A stretch of DNA of 64,000 nucleotides from Antedon mediterranea (lineage: Eukaryota > Animalia > Echinodermata): assembly GCF_964355755.1 (NCBI RefSeq), contig NC_092675.1, forward strand, positions 22,602,912 through 22,666,911, given 5' to 3'. This document shows, piece by piece, positions 38,671-52,020 of this stretch. How positions within the stretch are numbered: the first letter of the stretch is position 1; every line of letters begins with the position of its first letter. The position numbers and the translations under genes are program-made. Below the pieces are notes generated by a model. That model had not been told where the DNA came from. It did no database searches and saw only the letters and a program-made list of their open reading frames with translations.

Positions 38671-38792
38671 CTAAACCGAACAGATTTAGTTGTTTTCATT
38701 GTGAATGTTGACTCAACTGTAGTTGTAGATTCTTCCAAAGAATTTTGACCAATTTCATTGAGAGAAAGACGTTTACGCATTACAAACGCCAT
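38671..38792 (-). CDS. PDE4: Candidate alternative first coding exon B of PDE4
   Basis: atcATGG start; MAFVMRKRLSLNEIGQNSLEESTTTVESTFTMKTTKSVRF + AG|gtaagt (consensus donor), phase 2. Confidence 0.75.
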
Positions 38793-41700
38793 GATAACGT
38801 ATAAATAAGCACTTTTATAGTATTAACAGTAATAGAAATCTTGATTGCAAGTTTTAGTTGAATATTCTACTGTTTTGGTAGAAACACTTCTGCATGAACC
38901 ACAAACTCTTAGTGGGAGTACAGTATGCCTAGTATGTCACTGTTCCAGTAAACATTTTTCAGAATTTTTCAGTATTTCCTTCACAATACAAAATTATTAC
39001 AGGGTCAAACAAAAACATATACATCTTTGTATGATGAATGAATGCATTTTTTTATGTGAACACTCTAATATTCGAAAATAATATATCAATGTATTGCTTC
39101 ACAGTAACATTTTCCATAATTTTTCACTTAACCAATATCATGCAAAAGTCTTGTTTCATTTACCACAAAATTCTATTTCTGCAACAGAATATGACTGTTT
39201 ACGAAATCAAAAAATAAATTAATTACCAAAAAAGATAAATCTTTCTTTCCTTTCCTTTTTATGTAATAAATACATATGTCTCATGAGATTTTTTGTAGAA
39301 GAGACATTTATTTCCAAGAAAATAATTACAATCATGTAGATAAAAAAACTGTATGATACCTGCAGGTCAGTAAAGCAATTTAGTTAATCAGTTTTTAACC
39401 ATAAATTCTTCTAATCCATCTTGTAGATTGAACAAATGTCTTCTTTTTAAACATGGAATTAATTTAGAGTTGGCATACTGACATACATTTCAGCTGAGAG
39501 AAATATAAATGTATATATAATAATTAAAAATTCAGTTTAAACATTCAATTGAAAGTCATACTTCTGTCAGACATAATGTTTCTTTTACTTATTAAGATAA
39601 ATATCTTCTCTACGTGAATATATTCATATATTGTGAAGGAACAAAATTCTTTTTTAAAATAAATTTTATCTTAATGTAGACATATTATAACGATAGTTAA
39701 TGTTGCAATGGACGCCAAATATACTGAAAATTCAAACTACTAATGAGTTGTTCAGTTCTATTAAATAGATTAAGTAGTCTTCACATATTGTAGCAATTTA
39801 TTATAAAGAAATGGTAATTAACATTTAATGTAGCCTACTACATTTAGCAGAAAATCAATAAAGTTTAAATTTAAGACAGAAAAGAATGTGAACATTTAAA
39901 TTGCATAAAAAACTAATTTAATTTAAGAAAAATTTTTTATTAATAGAAATATTAACTAAATAAAAGTAGTACCAGAAACGAAATTTGTACCTAGTGGCTG
40001 GTTAAGTTTGTCTGCATTTAAGGTACTACAATATGTTCTTTTTCTGACAAACAATCCAAAAAAATTAATTTAAAAACTTGTATCTCCTACTGTGCTTCCT
40101 ATCAACAGACTAATTCGAATCCAACTAAGTTTCCACTAAATTTAAGTTATTCTATCATGGAAAGTGTCCCCTTGAAGGGGGTATTTCAAAGAAGGGGTTC
40201 TATTGCAAAGAGTGTACTAAGAAGCTTTTGAATTGTGACAACCAATAAGTAAATGAAACAAGATTATTCAATTCAAGTCAATCACACAAAAATAATCAAT
40301 ACAAAAGAATGAAAGTGAAATATTTACAAATAAAGCTATAATTTGCATAGATCTGATGTTGTTTTACAAAGTGCAATACCAGTATACTTGCTTTATATTA
40401 TGACATACTGTACATATAATATATAACAGAAATTGTAGTCGACTGTTACTAGGTTCTGTCTTGCTATAGTACATTCCAATGTTACAGAACCAAAAAACTA
40501 ATTCTAAAGCAATGTACAAAATGTCATCCAATTAAAAGGCAGCAAATTACTTCCATCCATAAAAGAATGAACATATGATAAAATTCCTAGTCTCCAAAAA
40601 CGCATTAAAATAATTCCAAAAACAATGAATTGCAATAGCATACAGATAACGCTCAGGTCAATTGATGCTATTTGACTTTCTGAAATCACTGACGTAGCAT
40701 CATTTTCAAACAGATGTTGACTAATACATCAAGAGATCATTAATCATTATTAACAGAAAAAAAGATGTTAAATCATATCAACAATGTATGTTAGTATACT
40801 GTAAAGAAATTCTTTACAAATATGAGTTTGAGTAAGCTTTGTATAAAACTAGAGTGAAGAGTTTGTAGGGATTGAAATCCAGCTACATGAATATAATAAA
40901 TAATAAATAAATAATGAATAATTTGTTTCATTCTGCAATAGTGAAGATGTAGACTACACATTTCCATTAATGGTATTTATTTATCAATGCATTATAAACG
41001 GACGGAAGATTTAACATCTTGTCGCAAAGTACAATACAAGATCAGATGCTCCACTCTACACCCCTTAAACTCCCCCACCCCTCCCCCCAAAAAACAGTAA
41101 TAATTTAGTAGTTGATCATGTGTTGATCACGAGCTAATATAATGAGATAATGGGGTCCCTTCTTTTTACACAAACTGTCGCCAGCATTTGTTTAATAGAG
41201 CAAGAGTTTTAACATCTGAAAGGAAATTGAAATATTAAAAAATCTTTTTAATGGTTTTATCAAAAGAAAAAATGCACTACTAAAAACTAGGTGAATTACA
41301 CACAAAGAATAGTGAACAGATTTTGGAATATTTTTGGTATGGCATTGTAATGGATGACTGAATTGTCTGGAAATACAAATGCATGTTTTGACTGAATGGA
41401 TACTTGCATGTACTGTACTGCTTAAAAAGAAATGATGGTTGACTAAACATTTTACCGAAAGCGCAGCATGGCTAAAGAAACAACTTTCAAATACTGTAAC
41501 TGCTATAAATGACATCTCAAATAGATTGTTAAAACCTATAACCAATTTCATGTCAGAACTAAACAGTTTACAGGGCTATATAAACCAGTATGACCATTGT
41601 TCCCCTTTCTTGCGATCACCGCACCACTTATTTTTCATGGCTTACAACACTGTACAATTTCTTGTTGTCTCTAGTTATGTTTCTTTTTATTTTATTTTGT

Positions 41701-41880
41701 ACAGTATTCCTTTACCTGCAGGTGTTTTGATTTATTCTAGATTACACTAGGTATGACATGCCATGTGTGCCATAATGTTTTTTATTTATGATTATTAATA
41801 TACAAACAGCATTATATACCAGTGCACTCTGTTTTATACAAAAACTGGATATTTAGAGTTATTCAATAAACACATCATAG

Positions 41881-42122
41881 CAGCGGTGGCGCCAGGATCT
41901 TCCCGACGTGGGGGCTACATTCCCCGACGATGGGGCTATGCGAGCGAAGCGAGCATCACTAGGCTGGGGGCCAGGGGGCCACCAAGGGCCCCCGGTGGGG
42001 GTCCAGAAGCAACGCCTTCTAGCGTCATTTGAGGTCATTTTAATTAGATTTAGGGTAGCTAGGCTCCCCGACGAGGGGGCTAGAGTAACCACCGCCCCCC
42101 CCCCCTGCTGGCGCCACCACTG
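41881..42122. mobile_element. hAT-family MITE (GC-rich)
   Basis: TIR CAGCGGTGGCGCCAG / CTGGCGCCACCACTG; perfect 8-bp target duplication CATCATAG (41873-41880, 42123-42130). Confidence 0.92.
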
Positions 42123-42544
42123 CATCATAGTATAACAAACTTTTATTCACATATTAATATAACCTGTTCCTTTGCATTACAAACTGTGACCTTATTAATC
42201 ACAGCGTTTCTATTTCTGTCATAGCAATATTTACAGAAAACAGATAAAATAAATCTTGCTTAAAAATTACCCTGGTTAGAAAATTTAAATGTCACATTTA
42301 TAAGATAAAAAATTACCATTATACTGTACTGTACATATATAAGCAATTTTATGACATAGGGTAAACAAGAAGTCAGTGACATCTATCTGACCTCAATCAA
42401 TGGAGTGTTTATATGAAAACATATTTTTACATGGTATCTCTGTGTTTCTATTGCATATCCTCAAATTGGCATTAACAAAATACTCTATTTTATATCATAC
42501 CAATAATATAGTATAAAAGTTTCTTATTATATAATTTTGATAAG

Positions 42545-42900
42545 TCAATCAATCAATCAAATTAACATTTATTTCTTCCACAGTAAAATAACAACAAATA
42601 TCCAATATAAATTGTAAAATGAAGGAAGAGGGCAATTAAATATAAATAAAAATTACAAATTAAATAACGTACACAAACGCACAGACAGGACAGGGCAAGA
42701 AAAAAGTTTAAAAAAAAGAAACAAACGATCATGTGATATAAAAGCTGAGGATGGTATAAACAACATTTTATAAATCATATTTTGACAAAAGAAATTGTTT
42801 GGCTTTATGAGAGAAAATTTTCCTGGAGGGGGTTGCATCCTTTATTACCCAATGCCTTTGAAAGTCTGACTGGTATACCAATGAAAGTTGTAATATATGT
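42545..42900 (-). mobile_element. Possible LINE 3' end remnant
   Basis: AATAAA followed by a (TTGA)n tail on the minus strand; degenerate coding-like sequence upstream. Confidence 0.3.
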
Positions 42901-45900
42901 AGGTAAGCCAAATATTGTATTATTAAAATTAATTATTATTCATTAACAACGTTTATCTAATCATTTTTAACTGATTTACCATGATGTCAAGTTGGCTTTG
43001 CTGATGCAACAACTAGGTCGACGAATGTAGAACTCCTTCAGAATATAAATTGATTTTTGTTTGTGATCACAACACAGGAAGAGAAGGCAATAGCTTGAAT
43101 ATGATACATCCTCAACTATATATCTAACTTCAACATGAGTTTTTTTTAAAATATTAAATATAAACAAAACAAGAAAAAAGTGGTATATATATAAGTTTTG
43201 TTTTTCTTTTGAATACAAAATAGATCCTGCTTCTGATAAACAAAATGGAGGAAATGAAATCTACTCAAAGCCTACATTCTATATCACATGATTTATTAGT
43301 GTACATTTTATAATATTAGATTTAATATTGATGTGAATAATGATCAAATTAATATCTGTTACCTGTGAAAGAGAAATTTAATCTACATTCAAAACTATGC
43401 TGTTATAGATCACTTAATGTTCAGACCTCATTATTATATCATTTAAAATTTTAGAATGATTTCAAACAACGAACTTCAATTTCATATAAAATTACCACTA
43501 AAATGTTATTACCACTATCCATTAACATTATTGATTTTACATTAGATTTCACAGATGTTAGCTAAAAACTCATTTGGAGCCTGATTATAAATTGCTGAAT
43601 TATTAATACAGTGAAATAAAATTCGCTGAATTATGAATATGAAATAAACAAAAGTGTTGAATAACCGAGTGTGAAGTATGCATTTTTTTCCCAGAATCTG
43701 TTGATAATAAAAATATATACAGAATAACACAACAGATTATAAAGTACTATATGTATTATAATGGTACTACAGTATATGGGCACTCAAAAACCTAGTCTGC
43801 TGAGTTTAATCTGTAGTGTATTTACAGTATGTACAACATAGATTAATTAAACTTCTAGAGAGCGAACTAGGCAACAGCAAAGTTGTTTGGGCAGGGCAGG
43901 GACTTTGCAAAATGGCCACTATCCACAGAGATTAATATTTAGAATATTAAAATAAAAAACTAAAATATTATACGTAGAATCACATAAATCAGAATATACA
44001 GTATGTTTTAAATGCAGTAGCAAAATGTAGAATCGAAATTGTGTCTGTAGTATCAACTTCTTTTTATGCTTATGATTTTTTGATGTAAATGTTTATGTTT
44101 AATAATTTGAAAGTGGTTGAAGAAAATCTAAAAACTAGGTCGAGCAAATCATCAGTCACTGCTTCATGGTTCTGTAATGCAAACTAATAAATAATCCTAG
44201 CTGTTAATACAACACTGACAATTTGCAAAAGTGTGTATATATCTGCATTAATTGAATGTCATAACTCAAATAATTGAGTTATATGCACATTCTTTTGATT
44301 TCAACATCAACAAATCCTCATTCACACTGATGCCTTTACTACCTCTTTTCATCTTGCCACATGATGTTCATCATTAACATAAGCCTCTTTCACACTGAAT
44401 TGTATGCGAATACTTTTCCTCTTACCCTAACTTGTGATACCCTAACTAAGCTTCATTTCACACTGAATCGGATTCGCATTGAATCTGTTACCTCTAATCT
44501 ACTCAGATGTTTTGGGCCTTTCATCTTTCTCACGATGAATGAGATAATCATTGTGTTTTACTGTGCTGTGTAGGTACAGTAATTATCATAATTTTTGAAA
44601 AAATCATATTTGATTTGTTTGTACTTTGTATGTATTTCCGTACATCTATAATTTCCGTACATTAAATAATTAAAATATACAAATTGTGTATTAAAGTTCC
44701 GTAGTACTAAAGAAATTTTCTAGGAACAATCAATACTAATAATAACAATATGAATCATACATTTAAACACCTTGTTGTTTGAGTCATTTTTGTTGTCGTC
44801 TATACAGTACATGGATACAAGGTATACTACTGTATATTGTACAAATTAAATTAAGACTATAATTTCTGATTCACACAAACAGGATATTTACAAGGGTTAT
44901 TTTGTCCCAAAAAAGGGGCAAGTGCGATCGTAAGCAAGCACCATGGGCCAAAGAGAAAGATGGGTTTTTTTACAGTGGACAATAAAAATTCTATAAACAT
45001 GTAGACTGATTTGAATATCCAAATTCATGCCATTATTTAGAGGATACATTTAATTTTACCATATATTTAGGGATATACAATTTCTAGTTCACACAAATGG
45101 TTTAGAATTGGACAAACAAGGCCACACAAGAATCCTGTAGCAGCTAAAACACAACGTTATCACACACAAAACCCATCGTTTGTACGATGGAAGGCCTATG
45201 GTAACATGATTTTTAAAAAACTGTTGTGTTTTTAAGATTAGGTTCTAAACAATCATTACTTTTCACACATACTCTTCTGTAGGATGGGAATGTAGTATCA
45301 AATAACACAATTTTGATACATTTTACTACATGTATTATTAAGGCAATACTATCGCATCATCATCTAGCAATTACTGATGAAAGGTACCGTAAATGATCGT
45401 CAAAGATGTATCTCTATTTTTTTTTAAACAGATTCTCTTAGGAATTAAAACAAATTATCAAAATACAAATTACAAATCAAATCTTGCTCCAAAAAAAATA
45501 AACCAATCAGTATACTAATTAAGCAAAAATCAATTTTGAATTATATAAATGTAAATGTCAATGTATATATTGATTTTCTTTTTTGCAAGTTCTGCGGGTT
45601 TATCCAGGTAAGTTTTGTATTACAGAATCAACGTTTGTTTAAATGCAGCGAGACAGTGCACGTACAGTACCTAAAAGTCAAAGTGACACAACATAGTGAT
45701 TTTTACACCATCAGTGTATAAAAATGTAACCATTTCATTTTTTTTATTCTACATATGGAACAATATCATATAGCTGAACAATAATATCAAATCCATATTT
45801 CATGGAACATCTGAGGTATCTAAGTGTTTATAAAATGATTGCATCGTGTTTTCCTTTTTCAGATTAAGCATAATTTATAGAAGCATCCATGTTTATACAT

Positions 45901-46067
45901 GGTCAAGAAATGGTTTTAAACCTTAGATGGAAATCTACCACAATAACTTGTTATAGCTTGACCTACTGTATTGTATGTACTAAACTGCATTACCCATTCT
46001 ATAAACTGCCATTAAAAAGTTTCTAAGTTCCCTTATATAACAATCCTAATTTTAACAAAACACCAAC

Positions 46068-46156
46068 CTTTTTGTAACTGTAACTTTCCGATGAGGATTA
46101 AGCTGGCAATTTATCCGACTGGAAGCCGGTAGAGAGAGTCTAGACGAGCGTTTCAT
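46068..46156 (-). CDS. PDE4: Candidate alternative first coding exon C of PDE4
   Basis: aaaaATG; MKRSSRLSLPASSRINCQLNPHRKVTVTK + AG|gttggt, phase 2; locally higher GC than its flanks. Confidence 0.6.
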
Positions 46157-49100
46157 TTTTATACAGACAGAGAATGGTAAGCATTGATTTAAAAAACATA
46201 CACAATAATCTATCTATTCCTTCCTTTTCCTTTGAATTTCACTGGTCAAGGGTAGACAAGAAGCGCACGGCAAGGCAACTAAATTAGAATATGTACAAAA
46301 GAGTAATTGAACACATAGTGATGACAGCCACTTCCTCAAACTAATATAGGTACAGTATTAGTAATCATCTGAGATTTAACCTGGAAATGAAGTTGTCATA
46401 ATATCAAGGTATAGGTACTTTATATAACATCTAAATAATGCACTTTTTCACTGCATTCAAATTCAACACGTCTGACTGCATCAATGAAGGGAAAAACGTG
46501 TTTCCCTGGCTTTTATACTAAATTTGTAAAAAAATTAACAAAAAACATATATCTGAAATTAGTAAAATGAAATTAATTGGGATTTTTGGGATGCTTCGTG
46601 GTATTTCTAATAAAAAAAGTGGGACAAACCTTTAGTATCAGATAGGAAATCACTTAAGATACTGTATCATGTTCTTTTTTTGGTTGTTTGTGTGGACACA
46701 TGTCTGTTGGTTTGCAAAGAACCTGCTTAATAGAAACAAGCCGTAAATGTAAGATTATTTACTGAATGTTGCTCTGTTTCAAGTGTTTGTTTGTACAGTA
46801 AAAAAATGAATTCTAAAAGCAAACATGAACTTGAACATCAACATTTTAATCCTAAGAATTTAATGGTTCTTAAAACGTGTACGGATTTTTAATACTTTTT
46901 ACTATAATATAAATGACATTTAGATGAGCAACCTTAGCTTCATGGAATACATTTTTGCTGTTTCTATCTTACAGTAGTTTCAAACAATCTTTCGGTACAG
47001 TTAAACCTGCCTCATTTATAGCCTGTGTTTCTGCAGCCAAAAATTAACCAATAATTAACCGAAATAAACCGAAAATTAACTGATAAAAAATGCCTGTGGA
47101 AACCGATTCCACTCGAGAAAAATTCATCGATAATTACCTCATTCATATCAGATCATTATCGGATAAAATATGATACATTTTTAGTTTTGACTTGAAGGAT
47201 AAATGTGTTTGTTGTGATTGGGTACCTGGTGATCATGTGCACTTTATTTTTAATTAATTATCTGATTGGTTAAAAAATTAACTGATAATGTTGTTTCGGC
47301 TATGGCTAAAGTTAGGTTTACAATGTACTTTAAAAGAATTAAGAAGTTTGAAAATAATCTGTTATAATTTTTCTGAGGATTGATTAGAATTGACTGGATG
47401 AGATTGCAATGCAGTATGCTACTAAAGTATAATTTTAAGTGTTGTGTTGTGTTATGTACTCTGGTACAATTAAGTCTGGAGTGCTTCAATAAAGACTAAA
47501 CTTGACCAAATAATGAAAATTACACATTAACTGGTAGAAACTATAATGTAATTAAGGATTACTGTATCCAGGCATGATGCATGATAAGACAAGATATTAT
47601 AATGTAATAATGTATGATATAAACCTATTAAAATTTGTGTAGGGCTCTAAATTTGTCTTAAAAAAGTATAAAGTTACTAGTAGATTTGTCATTGCTAGTT
47701 GAAAATTTCAACATTTTTTATAAGCCTAGCATTTATATTTGAAGCTTGATCTGCCAATTTCTGTAAATTCAACTTTATGTAGAATTACTCAATTTGGTTC
47801 GTTAAAAGGTTTACTAGTAGTACTGTAGATATAAAAAGTAAATTTGTGTATACGCTGTGAAATCAAGAAATCATAATTGTTAATATTGTTATATTTTGTT
47901 CAATGACAATAAATATGAACCTAAAAAGTCAGGTTTATATTCTAGAAATCCATAAAACAAACATTGACGGTTTTGGTGGTACATTAGGTTTATTGTATTT
48001 ATGAATATACATGTGCTATAAAGTATTATGGCATTGATGTGTGCAACTTTATTGTCATTCAAATTTTATCAAAGTGAAAAAGCATAAAATATTTTAAAAT
48101 AAAGCAGCTTTCGCTTGATTCTTGGTTTTAAATGCATTAATACAAAGAAATCACATGTGTTTTAGGTTGACTTTCCTAGATCTGGGTCCTCAGTTAGTCT
48201 TTTCTACACCCATATAGGCCTCCTATCCCTCAGCCCTTTTTTTAAATGAAACTATCAAGCCAACAGCCAGAATCATTACATTGAAGTTCTTTTTTCCATA
48301 AAAAAGTACTGACAATCCTCCCAATAATATAAAAGGTGAACCCAGCTCCCCTTTTTGAATATGGACTTGGCCTTTATTGATTTGAACACTAGCCTTCAAC
48401 AATCGCAATTCATCTATTGTTTATAGAATCTAAACCTTGAATTATCAATAGTGACATTTTTTTTGGAACACACAGCTAGTGTAAACATCTGATGAATTTG
48501 CCATCCTACAGAGATGCATATTAAATTGTCATTTGATAGTGTTATTAACTAACTAAGTAATTTTCACCATACTAGTATCAAAACTAATATTGCAACTGGG
48601 TACGTAATTAACAAATTGATTGATCATTTCATAATGAAGCCATAATGATCTAACAGCATCTAATTGCAATTAGTCAATGGAACAGAGTATATTAATGATA
48701 TTACTGTTAAAATGTCTCATTTTCATTTGCAATTTAATCATAGTTTTGGATATTTTTTTTTTCAATTTTGGAGTTTATTTTTGAGTTAGGGATTTGTTTA
48801 GTATAAACAATAATGCCACAACACATTTTAGTCCTCAACCATACCATCATTGTTCAATATACAAATTTAAAGAACTCTATAAACCAACAAATTAAAAGCA
48901 TACATTATATTAACTATTTCGTCACATACATGACGCATCTATCAATTTTAGACTGTATTTGTTAGTATATTATCAATATTTTGTATAAATACCTGGCCCA
49001 GTATGATGTACACAAAAAAGGGCCTTTAGTTCAGTTTACATCATGCATAGTAAGTGTGATGATTGTTTATCATTGCAATAAAAGTGGGTTGCCCACACAA

Positions 49101-51583
49101 AAGAGAAAAAAAAAGTAAGTGTGCTGAAACCAATGAATGTTTTGTGTTTTCTTCAACTTTGTTCATTCATTATTTATATACTATAAAGTCAAATATTTAT
49201 ATAAAAAAATATGACAATTACAGCACTGCAAAATGATCAATCAAATAGAGACAGGGGCTCTTAGCAATCTTTTGAAGTTTCAGTTTCCTAAACTGTGCCA
49301 CATTGGACAGTGACCCCAATTTATATTTGTTTGTAATATTTGTCAAATTCAGTGTCATTTGCCAATGGTTTTCTTCACCTGCTATAAGAAGATAAATAAT
49401 TATTGAAGGAAAGTGACAAAAAGATGATTAATTGGAAATATTTAAACAGCTGATAGACATTTCATCCATATGGCCATAAAATTACAGATTGCTTTGGTGA
49501 CATATTATTATTATTAGTCAAATTTCATGAGTTATGAAACTATTTTAATCTTTTAATAACAAAAGGAGCATCTTGTGAAGTTCTTGTTTTAAATGATACC
49601 TGACTTATATAGTCTGGATTAGTCTATTTAACAAGCTATTTGACGTCATCAATGTTTAGTCTTTACCAATTATCATTCACTAGTCTATTGGGTCTTCCAT
49701 AAACATCCTTATTTTTACATGTCAACAACAACAACAACAACAACGGAATGTCCCATGCAACTGAATTGCCTTGTTATGATTCTAATATCCATCATTTTAT
49801 AGGAAAAGAAATATATTAGATAGATAATAAATAGTAACATATTCAATCATATTACAGATATTTGATATCATTTGTCTATAAAGTCGACCATAAATGAAGC
49901 CTTCACATCCGTTAACTGTATAATGATATAGTGACAACACAGGTCAGAGTTATAATATTCACATAATAAATACAGTTTATGCTACACAGTTTCTGTTTTT
50001 TTTTCTGGATATCATTGATACATCATTTAAATCTAATCATCTTTCAATCATGTACATTTTGTTTAATACTCTACTTTTTGTTCATATCATTATGTATTGG
50101 CAAGCATTTAATGTTGAACAATGATAAATATACAATTTTTTTCCCCTAAGGAATGAACTATAGAAATGAAAAATCAGAGGAATATACAATAACCATTTAT
50201 ATTGTTTTCAATTAAAATAGTATTTTTAAAAGTTCAATTAAATGTCATCCTAGTGTAAACAGGTCTTTATAAAGTTGTTTTCAATATTCAATTAATTTAA
50301 TGTATATAATTTTTGTATTTTATCATTGCTGTATGAGACAAATATGTCGCCCTTTTAAAATTTACGCATGAGATGAACTTGATGTTCAAATCTTTAATAA
50401 ATGCAAGAATATTTTATTCATATTAACTCACTCCCTCCCCTTCCACCATAGATAATCCCATGTGGACATACAGTATAGTTAGTACTCTTTTAAATGTCAA
50501 GTAAATTATCATATCTCATAACTAAAATGCATTTTCGTGTAATATAAACTGATGACTTTACTTCCATATCAAGTAATACATTCATCTTTGTATATACTAA
50601 ATTAAACAAAAAAAACTCAAGGCATTTATGTGATCAGTCTATTACGCGAGTTATATTCCCAAATAGTTGTCAATACTATATTTTCTGTTTTCTGAAAATA
50701 GTGTCATACTGTACCAAATATGTAGACCAAATAAAAACTACTATGAAAGGAATTAAAATAAAACAACATAAAAAAAGGAGGTTGCAGCAGTTATTTGGCT
50801 AAAATAGCACTGCCTTAGAATACTAATGCTTCTAAGCTCTTATACATAGAAATAAATACCCTAAAAGTAACCCCAAAAATTAAGACGAGCACCCTGTTGT
50901 CCAGCACTTTTAAGCTCCCATATAAGAGATCGCTGGAACAGAATTCAAAGGAGCTAGAGTGACATTATCAGTATCCTACAACAAGAGGACCAAAGTAGTT
51001 CGTAAAATGAAAAGACATTTAAAGAAAAAAAAAAAATTAAAAATAGCCCATGGAAGATCATTCCAAAGACGAGCAAAATCATAATAAAAGGTAAATGATC
51101 TATGAATCACCTTCTTAAATGTTTTATGTTTATTTTATTAAGACAATAATTCAAACTTTTCAGGTTTAATTGTATTGATGACTTCAAACATCGTTCAATC
51201 TGGTTTGTCAAAATTAAGAGTTTTAAGTGGATTGACAAAATACTTTACAATTATAATTTAAAAAAACGAGCATGCATCCCACACCCAATTTGCATGGGGC
51301 CAGAGTGACAGAAAACATTGATGTTTTCTGGTTGACATACAAAAAATGTGATTTTTTTTTCATCATTTAATTATTTTAAAACTTACTAAATTTGATTCCA
51401 CCATTTTTGGTTGAATAAATTTTGGTATTCGCTGGGAATATGCAAACTACATTGTTATGGGCTCTAGGCTATTAAACAATGAGAATTCACCAGTCTCATA
51501 AACATTGTTGTACTATGAATATCATTGAATCTACAGCAAAATCTTTACCAGTACTTGTAAAGTGAACATAAAAATGTAAATAC

Positions 51584-51693
51584 CTTCGCCCTTCACCGCT
51601 ACTGCTACTCCTACTCCTAAGTCGTAGACTAGCTAAGGGGGTCTGTATAGCATTTGATCGCTTCAAAACTGGCATCCTATCTCTCGATTTCAT
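51584..51693 (-). CDS. PDE4: Candidate alternative first coding exon D of PDE4
   Basis: MKSRDRMPVLKRSNAIQTPLASLRLRSRSSSSGEGR + AG|gtattt, phase 2; the ORF turns AT-rich right after the donor. Confidence 0.65.
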
Positions 51694-52012
51694 ATCAAAA
51701 AGATTTTAAGTTCCGGCAACGAGATAAACAATGGTATAAATCCAAGAAACAAGTAGGCCGGATTGGATCCAATGTGCATCTATACTCCACTTATCTCCAT
51801 AACCGATAATGAGTAATATGTCTATTTAGCAAACTTACTAACTATAATTCTCCAAGGGATGGCTTAGTGATTACTACTTTTTACTATGCAATTACAGCCA
51901 TCAAGTGTGCAATGTGTGTTTGTTGAAGGTAGGCAGTATAGTATAGCTATAAAGCCACATGGTTGGAGGACTTGAAATCTAAAGCACACACTGTATTCCA
52001 GATTGCACAGGA

Positions 52013-52020
52013 TGACGTCA
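52013..52020. promoter_or_regulatory. Full cAMP response element upstream of candidate exon D
   Basis: TGACGTCA 320 bp upstream of the ATG at 51693; function is inferred. Confidence 0.4.

Noticed and set aside
41859-42135. Two overlapping GC-rich ORFs
   Set aside because: They coincide with the hAT MITE bounded by TIRs and an 8-bp TSD.
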